Origin: a virus
Direction: 5' to 3' (one strand)
IMG/VR virus record: IMGVR_UViG_3300037324_000043
Coordinates: 2,660 to 66,659 of that record
Length of the DNA stretch: 64,000 bases
A model generated the notes under the pieces. The model was not told the origin of the DNA and ran no database searches. It was given only the letters and a program-made list of their open reading frames with translations. Position numbers and translations under genes: made by a program. The stretch's first letter is position 1, and each line of letters begins with the position of its first letter. Shown piece by piece: positions 30,923 to 39,790 of this stretch.

Positions 30923-31131
30923 TATCACAAGAAAAATTACAAGAAAGCATACATTTTAATTCTCTGGATCATATCCAAAAACAAATGATATTGAAAAAGG
31001 ACAATAGAGAAAAGATTTCTCTAGGATTAATAATGAGTGAACTAAGGGGCTTTGATTTTTGGCTTGAAAAATGCCAACCCTCGGATCGCCTTAAAACAAT
31101 AGTACAAGAATTAATTGATAACAAATTATGA
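30919..31131 (+). CDS. hypothetical protein
   Basis: ATGA-coupled 70-aa ORF. Confidence 0.55.
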   Translation: MISQEKLQESIHFNSLDHIQKQMILKKDNREKISLGLIMSELRGFDFWLEKCQPSDRLKTIVQELIDNKL

Positions 31132-31451
31132 GTAAAGAAAAAAACAACCAAAAAGTAACTGACAATGATTGTTATACATTGTTAAGTGCTGGCGAAAAAG
31201 AGAGACTACTTAAAAACTTCTTACTAGACCAATTTGATTTCAAGGAGTTAAAAAAGGTTGGTTTTTATAATAAGGATATAAAAAATAATGACTACCAAAA
31301 ACAAGCAGAAAGGATTTGTAAATATTTTGGATATGAAACAGTCTACGAATATAACTTTAAAACTACTTACGCACATATAAGTTACGTTAAAGGACACGAA
31401 CCCCAAAACCAGACTTTTTTAACGGAGTTTAAGGCTTGGCACGAAAGTTAG
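31128..31451 (+). CDS. hypothetical protein, cassette-like
   Basis: 107 aa; bracketed by TGTTAAGTGC / GCACTTAACA inverted pair. Confidence 0.65.
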   Translation: MSKEKNNQKVTDNDCYTLLSAGEKERLLKNFLLDQFDFKELKKVGFYNKDIKNNDYQKQAERICKYFGYETVYEYNFKTTYAHISYVKGHEPQNQTFLTEFKAWHES

Positions 31452-31496
31452 CTTGCACTTAACACATGAATAACACAACTTAATAAATATAAAATT

Positions 31497-31757
31497 ATGA
31501 ATATAAATATAGTAATAGCAATTTTAGGAACATTAATAGCAGATTGGTTATTTGCATTTTTATTTAATTTCAACAAAAAGAAACAACTAAAGCGTGATGA
31601 AGATTTATTTATATTTAAGTTGGAACAGATACTTAAAGATAAAAATACAACGGGTAAAGATAGAAAAGCTAACGCATTAGAACTATGTCGAATGACAGAG
31701 GGTAAAATTTCAGCTGGTGCTTATTTTGCATTGTGTGATGTAGAACTAAAAGACTAA
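31497..31757 (+). CDS. hypothetical membrane-anchored protein
   Basis: N-terminal hydrophobic helix. Confidence 0.6.
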   Translation: MNINIVIAILGTLIADWLFAFLFNFNKKKQLKRDEDLFIFKLEQILKDKNTTGKDRKANALELCRMTEGKISAGAYFALCDVELKD

Positions 31758-31803
31758 ATAGCTTGTAACAAACTAATAACACAACTTATTTAAAAACTAA
31801 AAA

Positions 31804-31977
31804 ATGGGAGGATTAGCGAGAATTTGTAAGATGTACGGCTCCATGGAAGTGACTGACGCAAATGGAAAAAAGGTAACTTGGGTTTGGGATTATGTGAATG
31901 ATAAAGCAAGGGTGAAAACTGAAATGACTTTAAGTGAGCGAACGGCAAGCGAGAAAGCGAAATGGTTAGGGAAATAA
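31804..31977 (+). CDS. hypothetical protein (57 aa, below ORF-track cutoff)
   Basis: Hand-translated MGGLARICKMYGSMEVTDANGKKVTWVWDYVNDK...; TAATG coupling to next gene. Confidence 0.6.
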   Translation: MGGLARICKMYGSMEVTDANGKKVTWVWDYVNDKARVKTEMTLSERTASEKAKWLGK

Positions 31978-32219
31978 TGGAAAAAATAGAAAATAAGATT
32001 GATTGGAGTAAGATTAATTTCAAATCTTGGAAACCAAATTTGATACAAAGACTTCTTATAAAGCTAGGAATTATTAAAGATAAGAGATTTAATGCTTCAC
32101 AACTTGACTGGCAATTACTAGATGAAGCAGCTCATTTTGACTTTGGTATTATGAATAAAAATAAATCTTTGAACTTATGTACGTACCTGATAAAGAAAAC
32201 CCATCAAGCAAAAGAGTAG
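31977..32219 (+). CDS. hypothetical protein
   Basis: Start MEKIENK coupled to upstream stop; contains LDWQLLDEAAHF. Confidence 0.55.
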   Translation: MEKIENKIDWSKINFKSWKPNLIQRLLIKLGIIKDKRFNASQLDWQLLDEAAHFDFGIMNKNKSLNLCTYLIKKTHQAKE

Positions 32220-32482
32220 TGGTTATTGGTGGTCGTAGTAGCTGTAAAGAATTTTTAAGATCACTTGCTATAAAAGCTAGTTATGTAACTCCAACATGCG
32301 CTTCAGTTGACAGAGGAATTTTAATTAATAATACAGATGATTATTCTTATAAAATAAAAGCAAGACCTTATTTTGAAGAACCTTGGGTTGATCCAAACGA
32401 GCCTGTAATTAACTACAGAAAGCAAGAAGAAAGTTTTGCCAAAAATAGAAGAGCTAGAAAAAAAAGGAATCGTAAAAAGTAA
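32177..32482 (+). CDS. hypothetical protein with basic C-terminus
   Basis: 101-aa ORF. Confidence 0.5.
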   Translation: MYVPDKENPSSKRVVVIGGRSSCKEFLRSLAIKASYVTPTCASVDRGILINNTDDYSYKIKARPYFEEPWVDPNEPVINYRKQEESFAKNRRARKKRNRKK

Positions 32483-32486
32483 GTAG

Positions 32487-33323
32487 ATGAAAACAGTAAA
32501 TAGTTTGAGTGGTGGTAAAACAAGTAGTTATTTAGCTATGCACTATCCAGCGGATTATAATTTGTATGCCTTAGTGTGTAATGACGATAAAGAATGTGCG
32601 CACCCGGATAAAAAAGTAATGCAATTAGTGAATGATAAACTTCAAAAATACAGCTCAAGATTTGGAGAATGTATTGGAACTCCTGAAAATTATTTAAACC
32701 TAAATGTTATTTTAGATTTAGAACAAAAATTAGGTAAAGAAATAATTTGGTTGCGTGATGAAAGTTTTGATTGGTGGATTAATTACAAAAAAGGATTACC
32801 AAAACACGACCAGAGATGGTGTACTGAATTAATGAAGTTAAAGCCAATATTTGAATGGTGCTATTTATATACCGATTTGCCTGTAAAAATGAGAATTGGA
32901 TATAGACTTGATGAAGCAGAACGAAAAGATAGATTAACAACTAAATACGAACTTCCAATAAGTTGCAATATTTATGGGCAAAAAAGACAAAATTGGCATA
33001 GAGATGTTGAGTGGCGTGTTGGTGATTTTCCTCTTATTGATGATAAAATATTGCACTATCACATATATTTATGGGCATTAAAGAGTGGATTAGTATTTCC
33101 TAAAGATAGCAATTGCCAGATGTGCTTTAATAAACAACCACAGCAATTGAGAAAAAACTTTGAAGATGCACCAAAAGTTATGAATTGGGCTAAGATCAAA
33201 GAAAAAGAAACCAATAAGAGATTTAAGACAAATTTAAAAATGGAAAAAATAGAAAAAATAGGATTACAAAAAGACTTTGTTTTTGGTACTGGTAGTGGTT
33301 GTAGTTCTGAATGTAGCGATTAA
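32487..33323 (+). CDS. PAPS-reductase-family (PP-loop) protein
   Basis: SLSGGKTS PP-loop, RWCTELMKLKP, IGYRLDE, SNCQMCF, C-terminal CSSEC. Confidence 0.8.
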   Translation: MKTVNSLSGGKTSSYLAMHYPADYNLYALVCNDDKECAHPDKKVMQLVNDKLQKYSSRFGECIGTPENYLNLNVILDLEQKLGKEIIWLRDESFDWWINYKKGLPKHDQRWCTELMKLKPIFEWCYLYTDLPVKMRIGYRLDEAERKDRLTTKYELPISCNIYGQKRQNWHRDVEWRVGDFPLIDDKILHYHIYLWALKSGLVFPKDSNCQMCFNKQPQQLRKNFEDAPKVMNWAKIKEKETNKRFKTNLKMEKIEKIGLQKDFVFGTGSGCSSECSD

Positions 33324-33339
33324 TATAAAAAGTAAGTAG

Positions 33340-33534
33340 ATGAAAAGAAATTTCACAACAAAATACGAAGGATTATCATTAATCAATCGGTGGAAACAAA
33401 AGAAATACTCTAGGAATTGTGATTGGGTAATATTCGGAATACAAGAATGGTATTCAAGCCCTCATAGTTATTGTATTAAACTATGCTTTTTTGGAATAGA
33501 CTTGCATATTTGGTTTGAGAAGAGTTTTAAATAG
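33340..33534 (+). CDS. hypothetical protein
   Basis: 64 aa; start context identical to that of the PAPS-reductase gene. Confidence 0.55.
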   Translation: MKRNFTTKYEGLSLINRWKQKKYSRNCDWVIFGIQEWYSSPHSYCIKLCFFGIDLHIWFEKSFK

Positions 33535-33544
33535 AACCTATACC

Positions 33545-33577
33545 AAAAAAGAGGACCCTTTATTGCTAAAGGGTCCT
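33545..33577 (-). terminator. intrinsic terminator for capsid-region transcript
   Basis: AGGACCCTTT/AAAGGGTCCT stem with A6 on the left (U-tract on - strand). Confidence 0.7.
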
Positions 33578-33622
33578 AGCGTCGGGAAACGCACAACCAG
33601 CAGAACTGGAAAGTATTGTTAG

Positions 33623-34582
33623 TTAGTCAGCTTTAGGGCCTTCTGCTATTTTTTCTTTTATCCATTCCAAATCGTTTTTCTTGTTGATTGGAACTGGCTT
33701 ATTAAAATCATCTTCGTACTCTTCACGAGCTTCTTTTAAGTCAAGATCATCGCCTTCTTTAGACTTGTGCGAATCTACACTATCCTCGTCTTTATTTGCA
33801 AGTATGCTTTGGATTTCTTCACTAGCTGTGTAGTCTTTTTTGAACTCGTAACTTCTAGTTATTTTCTCTCCAATTTCTTGAAGAGTAAGCTTTGCACTTT
33901 CATCCTTACCAGATAAGAATTGACCTAATTTGCTGATAGGATCTTGGCCTGCAGCAATGCTTATCAAGGATCTACCTGTATCGGCCCAACTAATTTGAGT
34001 ATTGGTAGGGTTTATTAATAGAACGCCTCTTAGAACAGCTAAAGCAGCTACAGTCTTTGGTGCGTAATCTGGTTGCTTCATTTCTTCCAATACCTTCTCA
34101 GGATCGTCCATAGCGAATTGCTTGAGTTGACTTTCAATAAGCTTGTCACTTTGAGAAATCACATAAGCTCCTAATAATACAAAAGCACGAGCTTTCATTT
34201 CCTCAGAATCCTTGCTACTTACAGCCTCATAAGCTTTAAATCTTAGCTCCATCAAATCAATATTCTTACTAGCAGTTACGTCATGATCAACCTTATTAAA
34301 ATGAATTCTATTCCATGGGTGCTTTGTTAGGATTTCGACTAAAACTTTGTTAGCGCTATCAACTTGTAAAGCTCCGTCTTCAAACCAAACCCCTGGGGGT
34401 TCTTGATCGCCTTGATGATCTTCTTTAAAAATACTTACTTCACCGGGTATGTATTCTATATTCCTTAATCCAAGTGATTTTTTACCATCAAACTTTTCAA
34501 GCATGATGTTTTTAATAGGAAGCTGCCATGATGCAGGCCTTCTATTTTTTGTTAATTCATAATTTAATTTTGTTTTTGCCAT
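33623..34582 (-). CDS. conserved structural protein downstream of MCP
   Basis: YIPGEVSIF...FEDGALQV...HPWN; synteny with crAss-like head module. Confidence 0.55.
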   Translation of the reverse strand: MAKTKLNYELTKNRRPASWQLPIKNIMLEKFDGKKSLGLRNIEYIPGEVSIFKEDHQGDQEPPGVWFEDGALQVDSANKVLVEILTKHPWNRIHFNKVDHDVTASKNIDLMELRFKAYEAVSSKDSEEMKARAFVLLGAYVISQSDKLIESQLKQFAMDDPEKVLEEMKQPDYAPKTVAALAVLRGVLLINPTNTQISWADTGRSLISIAAGQDPISKLGQFLSGKDESAKLTLQEIGEKITRSYEFKKDYTASEEIQSILANKDEDSVDSHKSKEGDDLDLKEAREEYEDDFNKPVPINKKNDLEWIKEKIAEGPKAD

Positions 34583-34606
34583 TTCCGCTTGCTTTTTTAT
34601 TGTTAT

Positions 34607-34641
34607 TAAAAAAAAAGGGGCTGATATTTCAACCCCCTTTT
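34607..34641 (-). terminator. intrinsic terminator after MCP
   Basis: A-tract-GGGG-CTGATATTTCAA-CCCCC-T-tract. Confidence 0.65.
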
Positions 34642-34653
34642 AGTTTATTATAC

Positions 34654-35985
34654 TTAATATACAGCAGACCCCCTTCCTACTAAGAAGTTGTTAGCTCCTG
34701 CTACTTGATTCAAACACTCACTTGTGTAGTGAGCACTTTGAGCATCCTTTACTTGTGGAGTACCATTTGGGCCAAACAATTTAAGCTCACGCTTTCTATT
34801 GTAAGACTCGTCTCCTCTGTATCGTACACTTAAAAATGGTGTAGACACTGTGTTTCCATTGTCGTAAATACTTGTATTACCGTTAGGTATCATCAAGTAA
34901 GCAAGACCAGTTGCACGGAATTTTGTACTACCCATCAATGAAGGGTTATCTAAAATTTCCAAAGGCTGGAAAAAGAAAGTAACACCATCAATAGACACAT
35001 CATTAAAGCCAAGCGCCATAGACATATCACGGCTATTATTAAATGCTCCATAATTTCCACCACCTACATAATGAGAGTTAACACCTGAAAGCATTCTTCG
35101 GAAAAAAGCTCCTTGTTTGTGATCATGCCACACGTTGTAAGAGTTACAACCACCACCTTGCTGCTTAAGTCTTCTCACTATATCAGAAAGCTCCTCAATA
35201 GTTTCGATATACTCGTTAGCAATGTTTCCTCTTTCTTCAATTTGAGGAATAACACCTTTCATTCCTCTATTCTCGCCACTAGCTTTACGCTCATGAAAAA
35301 GATGGGTAAACTCTACCTTGTTATCAAATAACGTAGAAGTCCTCATCATCTCATAGTTGTGCCACTTAGGGCCTTCGGGAGTTTGAATCCATGTCTTATG
35401 AATCATATCCGAAGCATTGATTTCGTAATACTCTTTTACAATGTGGGTAAAGTTGTCATAAATGGTTGGGTCCCATCTACGAGATGTTGTAAAGTTTACA
35501 TCTCCTTTAGCCCAAGAGTTAGTAAAATCGATAAGAATATCAACACTAGCTGCAAAGTCAAACGCTTCACCTCTTGTTACTGCTGTAAAAACTTTAGTAG
35601 AAGTAATTGCTGTAACTTCTGCTTGCCATTCAGCAACACCATCGGTAATTAGTATAATATCTTTAATACGCGCATTGTGCGGAGTTGGAGACGTAAATAC
35701 ATTTCCTGAAGTGGTTACATTTTTTACTGCATTATGCAGTCTTCCTTCTTCTGAGTGTGATATCTTATCGGCAGCATAAGTGCTTTCGTTTCCAACAAGC
35801 TCAGTTAACTTAAGGATTTTTCCTTTTCCGTACGCGCTGTGAAGCTGTGGAATAAGCTCAGGGGCAAATTTCTGAGCATAGGTGTAGTCGTCTATGAAGT
35901 TTTCAGCGGTGGCATTTACACCTCCTGGAGCTGCAATTACCGCTGGGCCTCCTGACAAGTTAGCGTCTAATAAATCAAAAGCCAT
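34654..35985 (-). CDS. major capsid protein
   Basis: 443 aa after scaffold and portal; HSEEGRLH, GMKGVIPQIEERGN, LGFNDVS; terminator downstream. Confidence 0.8.
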   Translation of the reverse strand: MAFDLLDANLSGGPAVIAAPGGVNATAENFIDDYTYAQKFAPELIPQLHSAYGKGKILKLTELVGNESTYAADKISHSEEGRLHNAVKNVTTSGNVFTSPTPHNARIKDIILITDGVAEWQAEVTAITSTKVFTAVTRGEAFDFAASVDILIDFTNSWAKGDVNFTTSRRWDPTIYDNFTHIVKEYYEINASDMIHKTWIQTPEGPKWHNYEMMRTSTLFDNKVEFTHLFHERKASGENRGMKGVIPQIEERGNIANEYIETIEELSDIVRRLKQQGGGCNSYNVWHDHKQGAFFRRMLSGVNSHYVGGGNYGAFNNSRDMSMALGFNDVSIDGVTFFFQPLEILDNPSLMGSTKFRATGLAYLMIPNGNTSIYDNGNTVSTPFLSVRYRGDESYNRKRELKLFGPNGTPQVKDAQSAHYTSECLNQVAGANNFLVGRGSAVY

Positions 35986-36003
35986 TTTTTTATGTTTTAA
36001 AAG

Positions 36004-37182
36004 TTAAAATTGTTCTGGAGTAAGTCCTCCCAATCCCTTTCCTTTTTTCTGTCCTGTTGCAGCTCTCCAATTCATAATTGAGTCTTTAGATCCTGAGTTT
36101 CCACTTCCAGGTATAGACTTAACTTTTGGAGCTGCGTTATGCTCAATAGCTGAAAAATCTTCCGCTTGTTGAGCTAACGCCTTGTGTACAATTGCGGTTA
36201 TAGCTTTTTCCCTTTTTGCTGGATTAGCCCAATGGAGGCCTTCTTGAAGTTTACCATAGTCTAATCCCTTATCGCCACCAAAAGCTTTTTGATAAAAACC
36301 GTCTATATCGAGTGCAGAGGAAGCCATATCACGCACTTCTTCTTTTGTGTACTCATAGCCGACGTTCATCACTTTTTCGGTACCGTTATCATCAATTTTG
36401 ATATCATAAGCAGAAACCTTGATTTTATCCGAGGAGTCTTGAATGCTTTGTTGATACACTTTTTGTTGATCATATAATTTGTCATATTTTACTTTGGACA
36501 TTTGCTCTCCATTTTCGAGAGTGACCATTTCAACATCGCCTTTTCTTTCGGCAGGTTTTTTGTATTTCTCTTGAAGTTCTTTTTGAGACTTTAAATAATC
36601 AGCTCCATAGTTTTTCAACTTCATTTTTTCGATTGGAGACAATCTTTCAAAATCAGAAACATCTAATTTTAATTCGTCTTCTAAATAATCATCTACGTTA
36701 GAGCTGTCTAAATAACCATCGCTCATTGCGATAGCTTTTTCTCTTGCTAGTTCGGCAGGGTTTGTCTTACTATAATCTCTATTGAGTTCTTTAAATTGAT
36801 CATACTCTCGATTAGTTTCCTTATTGTACTTTAAAAATTGTAAGGCCTCTTCAGATAAACCCTCAAAAGGATCTGTTGCAGGCTCAGGATCTTTAAAGAA
36901 ATCATCAAGGCTTGCAAACTCTTTACCTCTTTTTTCTTTAAAGTATTTTAAAACAGCTTCATCGTTAATTTCGTTTACCGCTGGCTCCGGGTCAACTGGC
37001 TTTGGATCGACTGGATCTACTGGGTCAATTGGTTTAGGTTCTGGGTCTACTGGTTCAATAACTGGATCAATGGGTTCTATCGGTTTAGCATTTGGATCAA
37101 CTGGATCAACAACTGTAGCAGCTGGCTTTGGAGCAGCTGGTTTCTCACTAAATGCATTTAAAAAACTTTTCCCGATAGCCAT
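36004..37182 (-). CDS. capsid scaffolding protein
   Basis: Acidic, P/D/V-repeat N-terminus, between portal and MCP; probable start MAIGKSF behind promoter at 37210-37217. Confidence 0.65.
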   Translation of the reverse strand: MAIGKSFLNAFSEKPAAPKPAATVVDPVDPNAKPIEPIDPVIEPVDPEPKPIDPVDPVDPKPVDPEPAVNEINDEAVLKYFKEKRGKEFASLDDFFKDPEPATDPFEGLSEEALQFLKYNKETNREYDQFKELNRDYSKTNPAELAREKAIAMSDGYLDSSNVDDYLEDELKLDVSDFERLSPIEKMKLKNYGADYLKSQKELQEKYKKPAERKGDVEMVTLENGEQMSKVKYDKLYDQQKVYQQSIQDSSDKIKVSAYDIKIDDNGTEKVMNVGYEYTKEEVRDMASSALDIDGFYQKAFGGDKGLDYGKLQEGLHWANPAKREKAITAIVHKALAQQAEDFSAIEHNAAPKVKSIPGSGNSGSKDSIMNWRAATGQKKGKGLGGLTPEQF

Positions 37183-37311
37183 AGTATTTGTTTTATCTAT
37201 TATATAATACAAAAGTATAAAATATAATGATACAAATACAAATATGTTTATACTAAATCTATACTTTACTTATACTAAATTTTAATGAATACACTTAAAA
37301 CAGTGGTAAAA

Positions 37312-37349
37312 CAAAAATCCCACTCACAATAATTTGCGAATGGGATTTT
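37312..37349 (-). terminator. probable terminator after portal
   Basis: AAAAATCCCA...TGGGATTTT inverted repeat. Confidence 0.55.
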
Positions 37350-37372
37350 GAATTTAAAAATAGAATCAGATA

Positions 37373-39790
37373 CTATCCAACTCCTAAAAGCTCATTTAAA
37401 TTAAAATCTGGTTTAGTGAAGTCGAAAGATCCTGTGTCTTTTAATCTTTGATCGATTAATACACTTTGCTGACTACTCTTAACGTCCTGTCTATCGTCTT
37501 TAGCCTTCTCTTTCATTTCATCACGCTTCAAGATTGTCAACCCTTTGGTTTGTTCCAAATAAACATCTTGTTCGAATTTTGACTGTCTTAATGGTTCTTC
37601 AATTTGCATCTTAGCTTGTAATTCCTTCAAAACTAATGTGCTTTTTTGAGCTTCATATTTAAGGTCAATCATCTTCTTTTGTTCGTACAATGAAACTTCT
37701 TCTTCTTGTTTTGCTCTTGCTGAATCCATGTTATTTTTAGCTTGAGTTTTATTATTAAATTCAGTCTCCTTCATTCTTTGCTTAATATTTTTACCCCTAA
37801 CAAAGTGCATGTACTGTCTAGCTTGCTTCATGTTATTTCTAGCAATAGCCAATATCTCAGATTTATCAGAAACATCTATATTTCCTTCTTTTAAGGATAT
37901 ACCTAAGTCCTCTCTAAGTTCGTCCAATTCTTCTTTAGCCGGTACCATTTCGAGTGTAAAACCAAACTCATGAAGGCTTCTATTTTCTAAGCCTTTAATT
38001 GCTTCAATGTTTTCACGTCCAACCGCATCCGAAAGTGTTTTTCTTAAATGCTTAAGTCTTTCGAATTTAAAAATCCCTTTGGTTCTTGCGCTTATGGTTT
38101 CGCATACACGCTTATCAAACATTACCGAAGCATCGACAATATGTTTAGTGGCCGTGTTGTTGGATAATTGAATCATTTGATTTGTGCCAACAAGAGATTG
38201 TGCTCCAACTGGATCTAATCCTGTAATGTCTTCAATCTGCTTGTAGTAGAAACTCCAAGAATTTAATAGAGCACCCAAAGCACTACCTTGTTGATTTGGC
38301 ATTGGTCTGGCGGCATTTCCATCCTTCATGCCATCTTCGCCCATGTTCACCCTTTTTTTAAGAACAATACCTTTTACGTTTAGATAAGAAAGAGCTTTTT
38401 TAATATTTTCTTCTGGGTTTCCTTTAGCGTCACTTATAAGCTCGGCCACTTGGTCCATGTCAATTTCAATGAGATCTGGTTTTAGCTCAGCCACTAAATG
38501 CTGTATCTTTAAGTGAATCCTTTGAAGCTGTTTACATAACGGAATTATGTTTTTAAGAAAACTCCTAAGTCTGTTTCTGTAAATGCTAGTAGCTTGTACT
38601 ACAAAGGGAGGAAAAACCTTGTTCATCTCGTCCTTTGCTAAAATTTCACTTTCTTGATAATTATAAACAAATTCATCGCTACCAATTATATAGCTTCCCT
38701 CATACCAAGTGTCAAAACTTTTGGATAAACGGCTACTTTCGGAACCTTCAGGAACAACATAATTGTTATCTCTTAATGATACTTTTTTAGTTTTATTGTT
38801 TTTATCAAAATATCTTTTGAACACAATTTTTTTATCGCTTTGGAATGTAAACCTTAATATCTGAATTTTAATATCTAAAATGGTTTGCATAGGCGCATGA
38901 GAAAAGTCAAAAGTTGTCTCATTAAATTTGTTTTGGCCAGCGTAAAGTTTTGCTATTTTACGGCACTTAACATCATTATATCCGCTTTCTCTTCTTAACT
39001 CATTTATGGTTATAGTATCAACATAGCCAAAATAGAAAGCATCACTAAAATCTTCCATTTCAGAAAAACTGTGAATGAATGTTCCTGGATCAACGTACTC
39101 AGGAACAACTCCATTGTTTTCATCTGTATAGATTCTAGAAACTTGAAGGCCAGTAATAACCGAATCTTTATCAGTTTTCTTTTTAGTTTGCTCCCACCTG
39201 TTTGTTTTTTTCGCAAAATTAATAAGTATCTCTTCTGAGATTTCCTGCAATGGTCTTTCTTTAATTTGACTGTAAAGATCAAGCTCTGCAACGTCTTGAG
39301 GAACAAATCCTTTTTCTGATAAATCTGGAAGGCCAAGAGCTGCTGCCTTTTTAAGCATTGGGTTGGCGGCCATGTTAGTTTTATGCCTATCGTATTTTTT
39401 CTTTTTTTCAAGAGAAGAGAATCGATCTATTGACCTAACATCTACTCTATAAAACTCACTACCCATGCCGTTAGCAACCTTATTTACAAATTTTTCAGCA
39501 TAGTTTATAGGTGTAAAGTCTAGGTTGTGCAAAGTTAAATCGTCAGGCTGTCTTGCTGTGTGGTTTTTATCTTCTTCTAAATCTTGCTCACCACGAACAT
39601 AGAGTCTTAGTTCATCAATCTCTATGTGTCTTTGGGTAAATAAGCATTGATTATTAATCATGCCACCACCAAACCATTCGGCTTGCATAGCAATAGCCCA
39701 CTTTAAACCATAAGCAGGATCTTTCTTTTCTCCTTCTGAAGCTAATGGATCTGGTATTCCTATTACTTTTTTAGATTTTAAATCACTCAT
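37373..39790 (-). CDS. portal protein
   Basis: 805 aa directly after TerL; NLDFTPINYAEKFV, ITINELR, IEDITGL. Confidence 0.8.
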   Translation of the reverse strand: MSDLKSKKVIGIPDPLASEGEKKDPAYGLKWAIAMQAEWFGGGMINNQCLFTQRHIEIDELRLYVRGEQDLEEDKNHTARQPDDLTLHNLDFTPINYAEKFVNKVANGMGSEFYRVDVRSIDRFSSLEKKKKYDRHKTNMAANPMLKKAAALGLPDLSEKGFVPQDVAELDLYSQIKERPLQEISEEILINFAKKTNRWEQTKKKTDKDSVITGLQVSRIYTDENNGVVPEYVDPGTFIHSFSEMEDFSDAFYFGYVDTITINELRRESGYNDVKCRKIAKLYAGQNKFNETTFDFSHAPMQTILDIKIQILRFTFQSDKKIVFKRYFDKNNKTKKVSLRDNNYVVPEGSESSRLSKSFDTWYEGSYIIGSDEFVYNYQESEILAKDEMNKVFPPFVVQATSIYRNRLRSFLKNIIPLCKQLQRIHLKIQHLVAELKPDLIEIDMDQVAELISDAKGNPEENIKKALSYLNVKGIVLKKRVNMGEDGMKDGNAARPMPNQQGSALGALLNSWSFYYKQIEDITGLDPVGAQSLVGTNQMIQLSNNTATKHIVDASVMFDKRVCETISARTKGIFKFERLKHLRKTLSDAVGRENIEAIKGLENRSLHEFGFTLEMVPAKEELDELREDLGISLKEGNIDVSDKSEILAIARNNMKQARQYMHFVRGKNIKQRMKETEFNNKTQAKNNMDSARAKQEEEVSLYEQKKMIDLKYEAQKSTLVLKELQAKMQIEEPLRQSKFEQDVYLEQTKGLTILKRDEMKEKAKDDRQDVKSSQQSVLIDQRLKDTGSFDFTKPDFNLNELLGVG

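Noticed and set aside
36980-37140. Tandem P/D/V repeats and the 127-aa antisense ORF 36824-37207
   Set aside because: Ordinary low-complexity scaffold linker; the antisense ORF is its shadow
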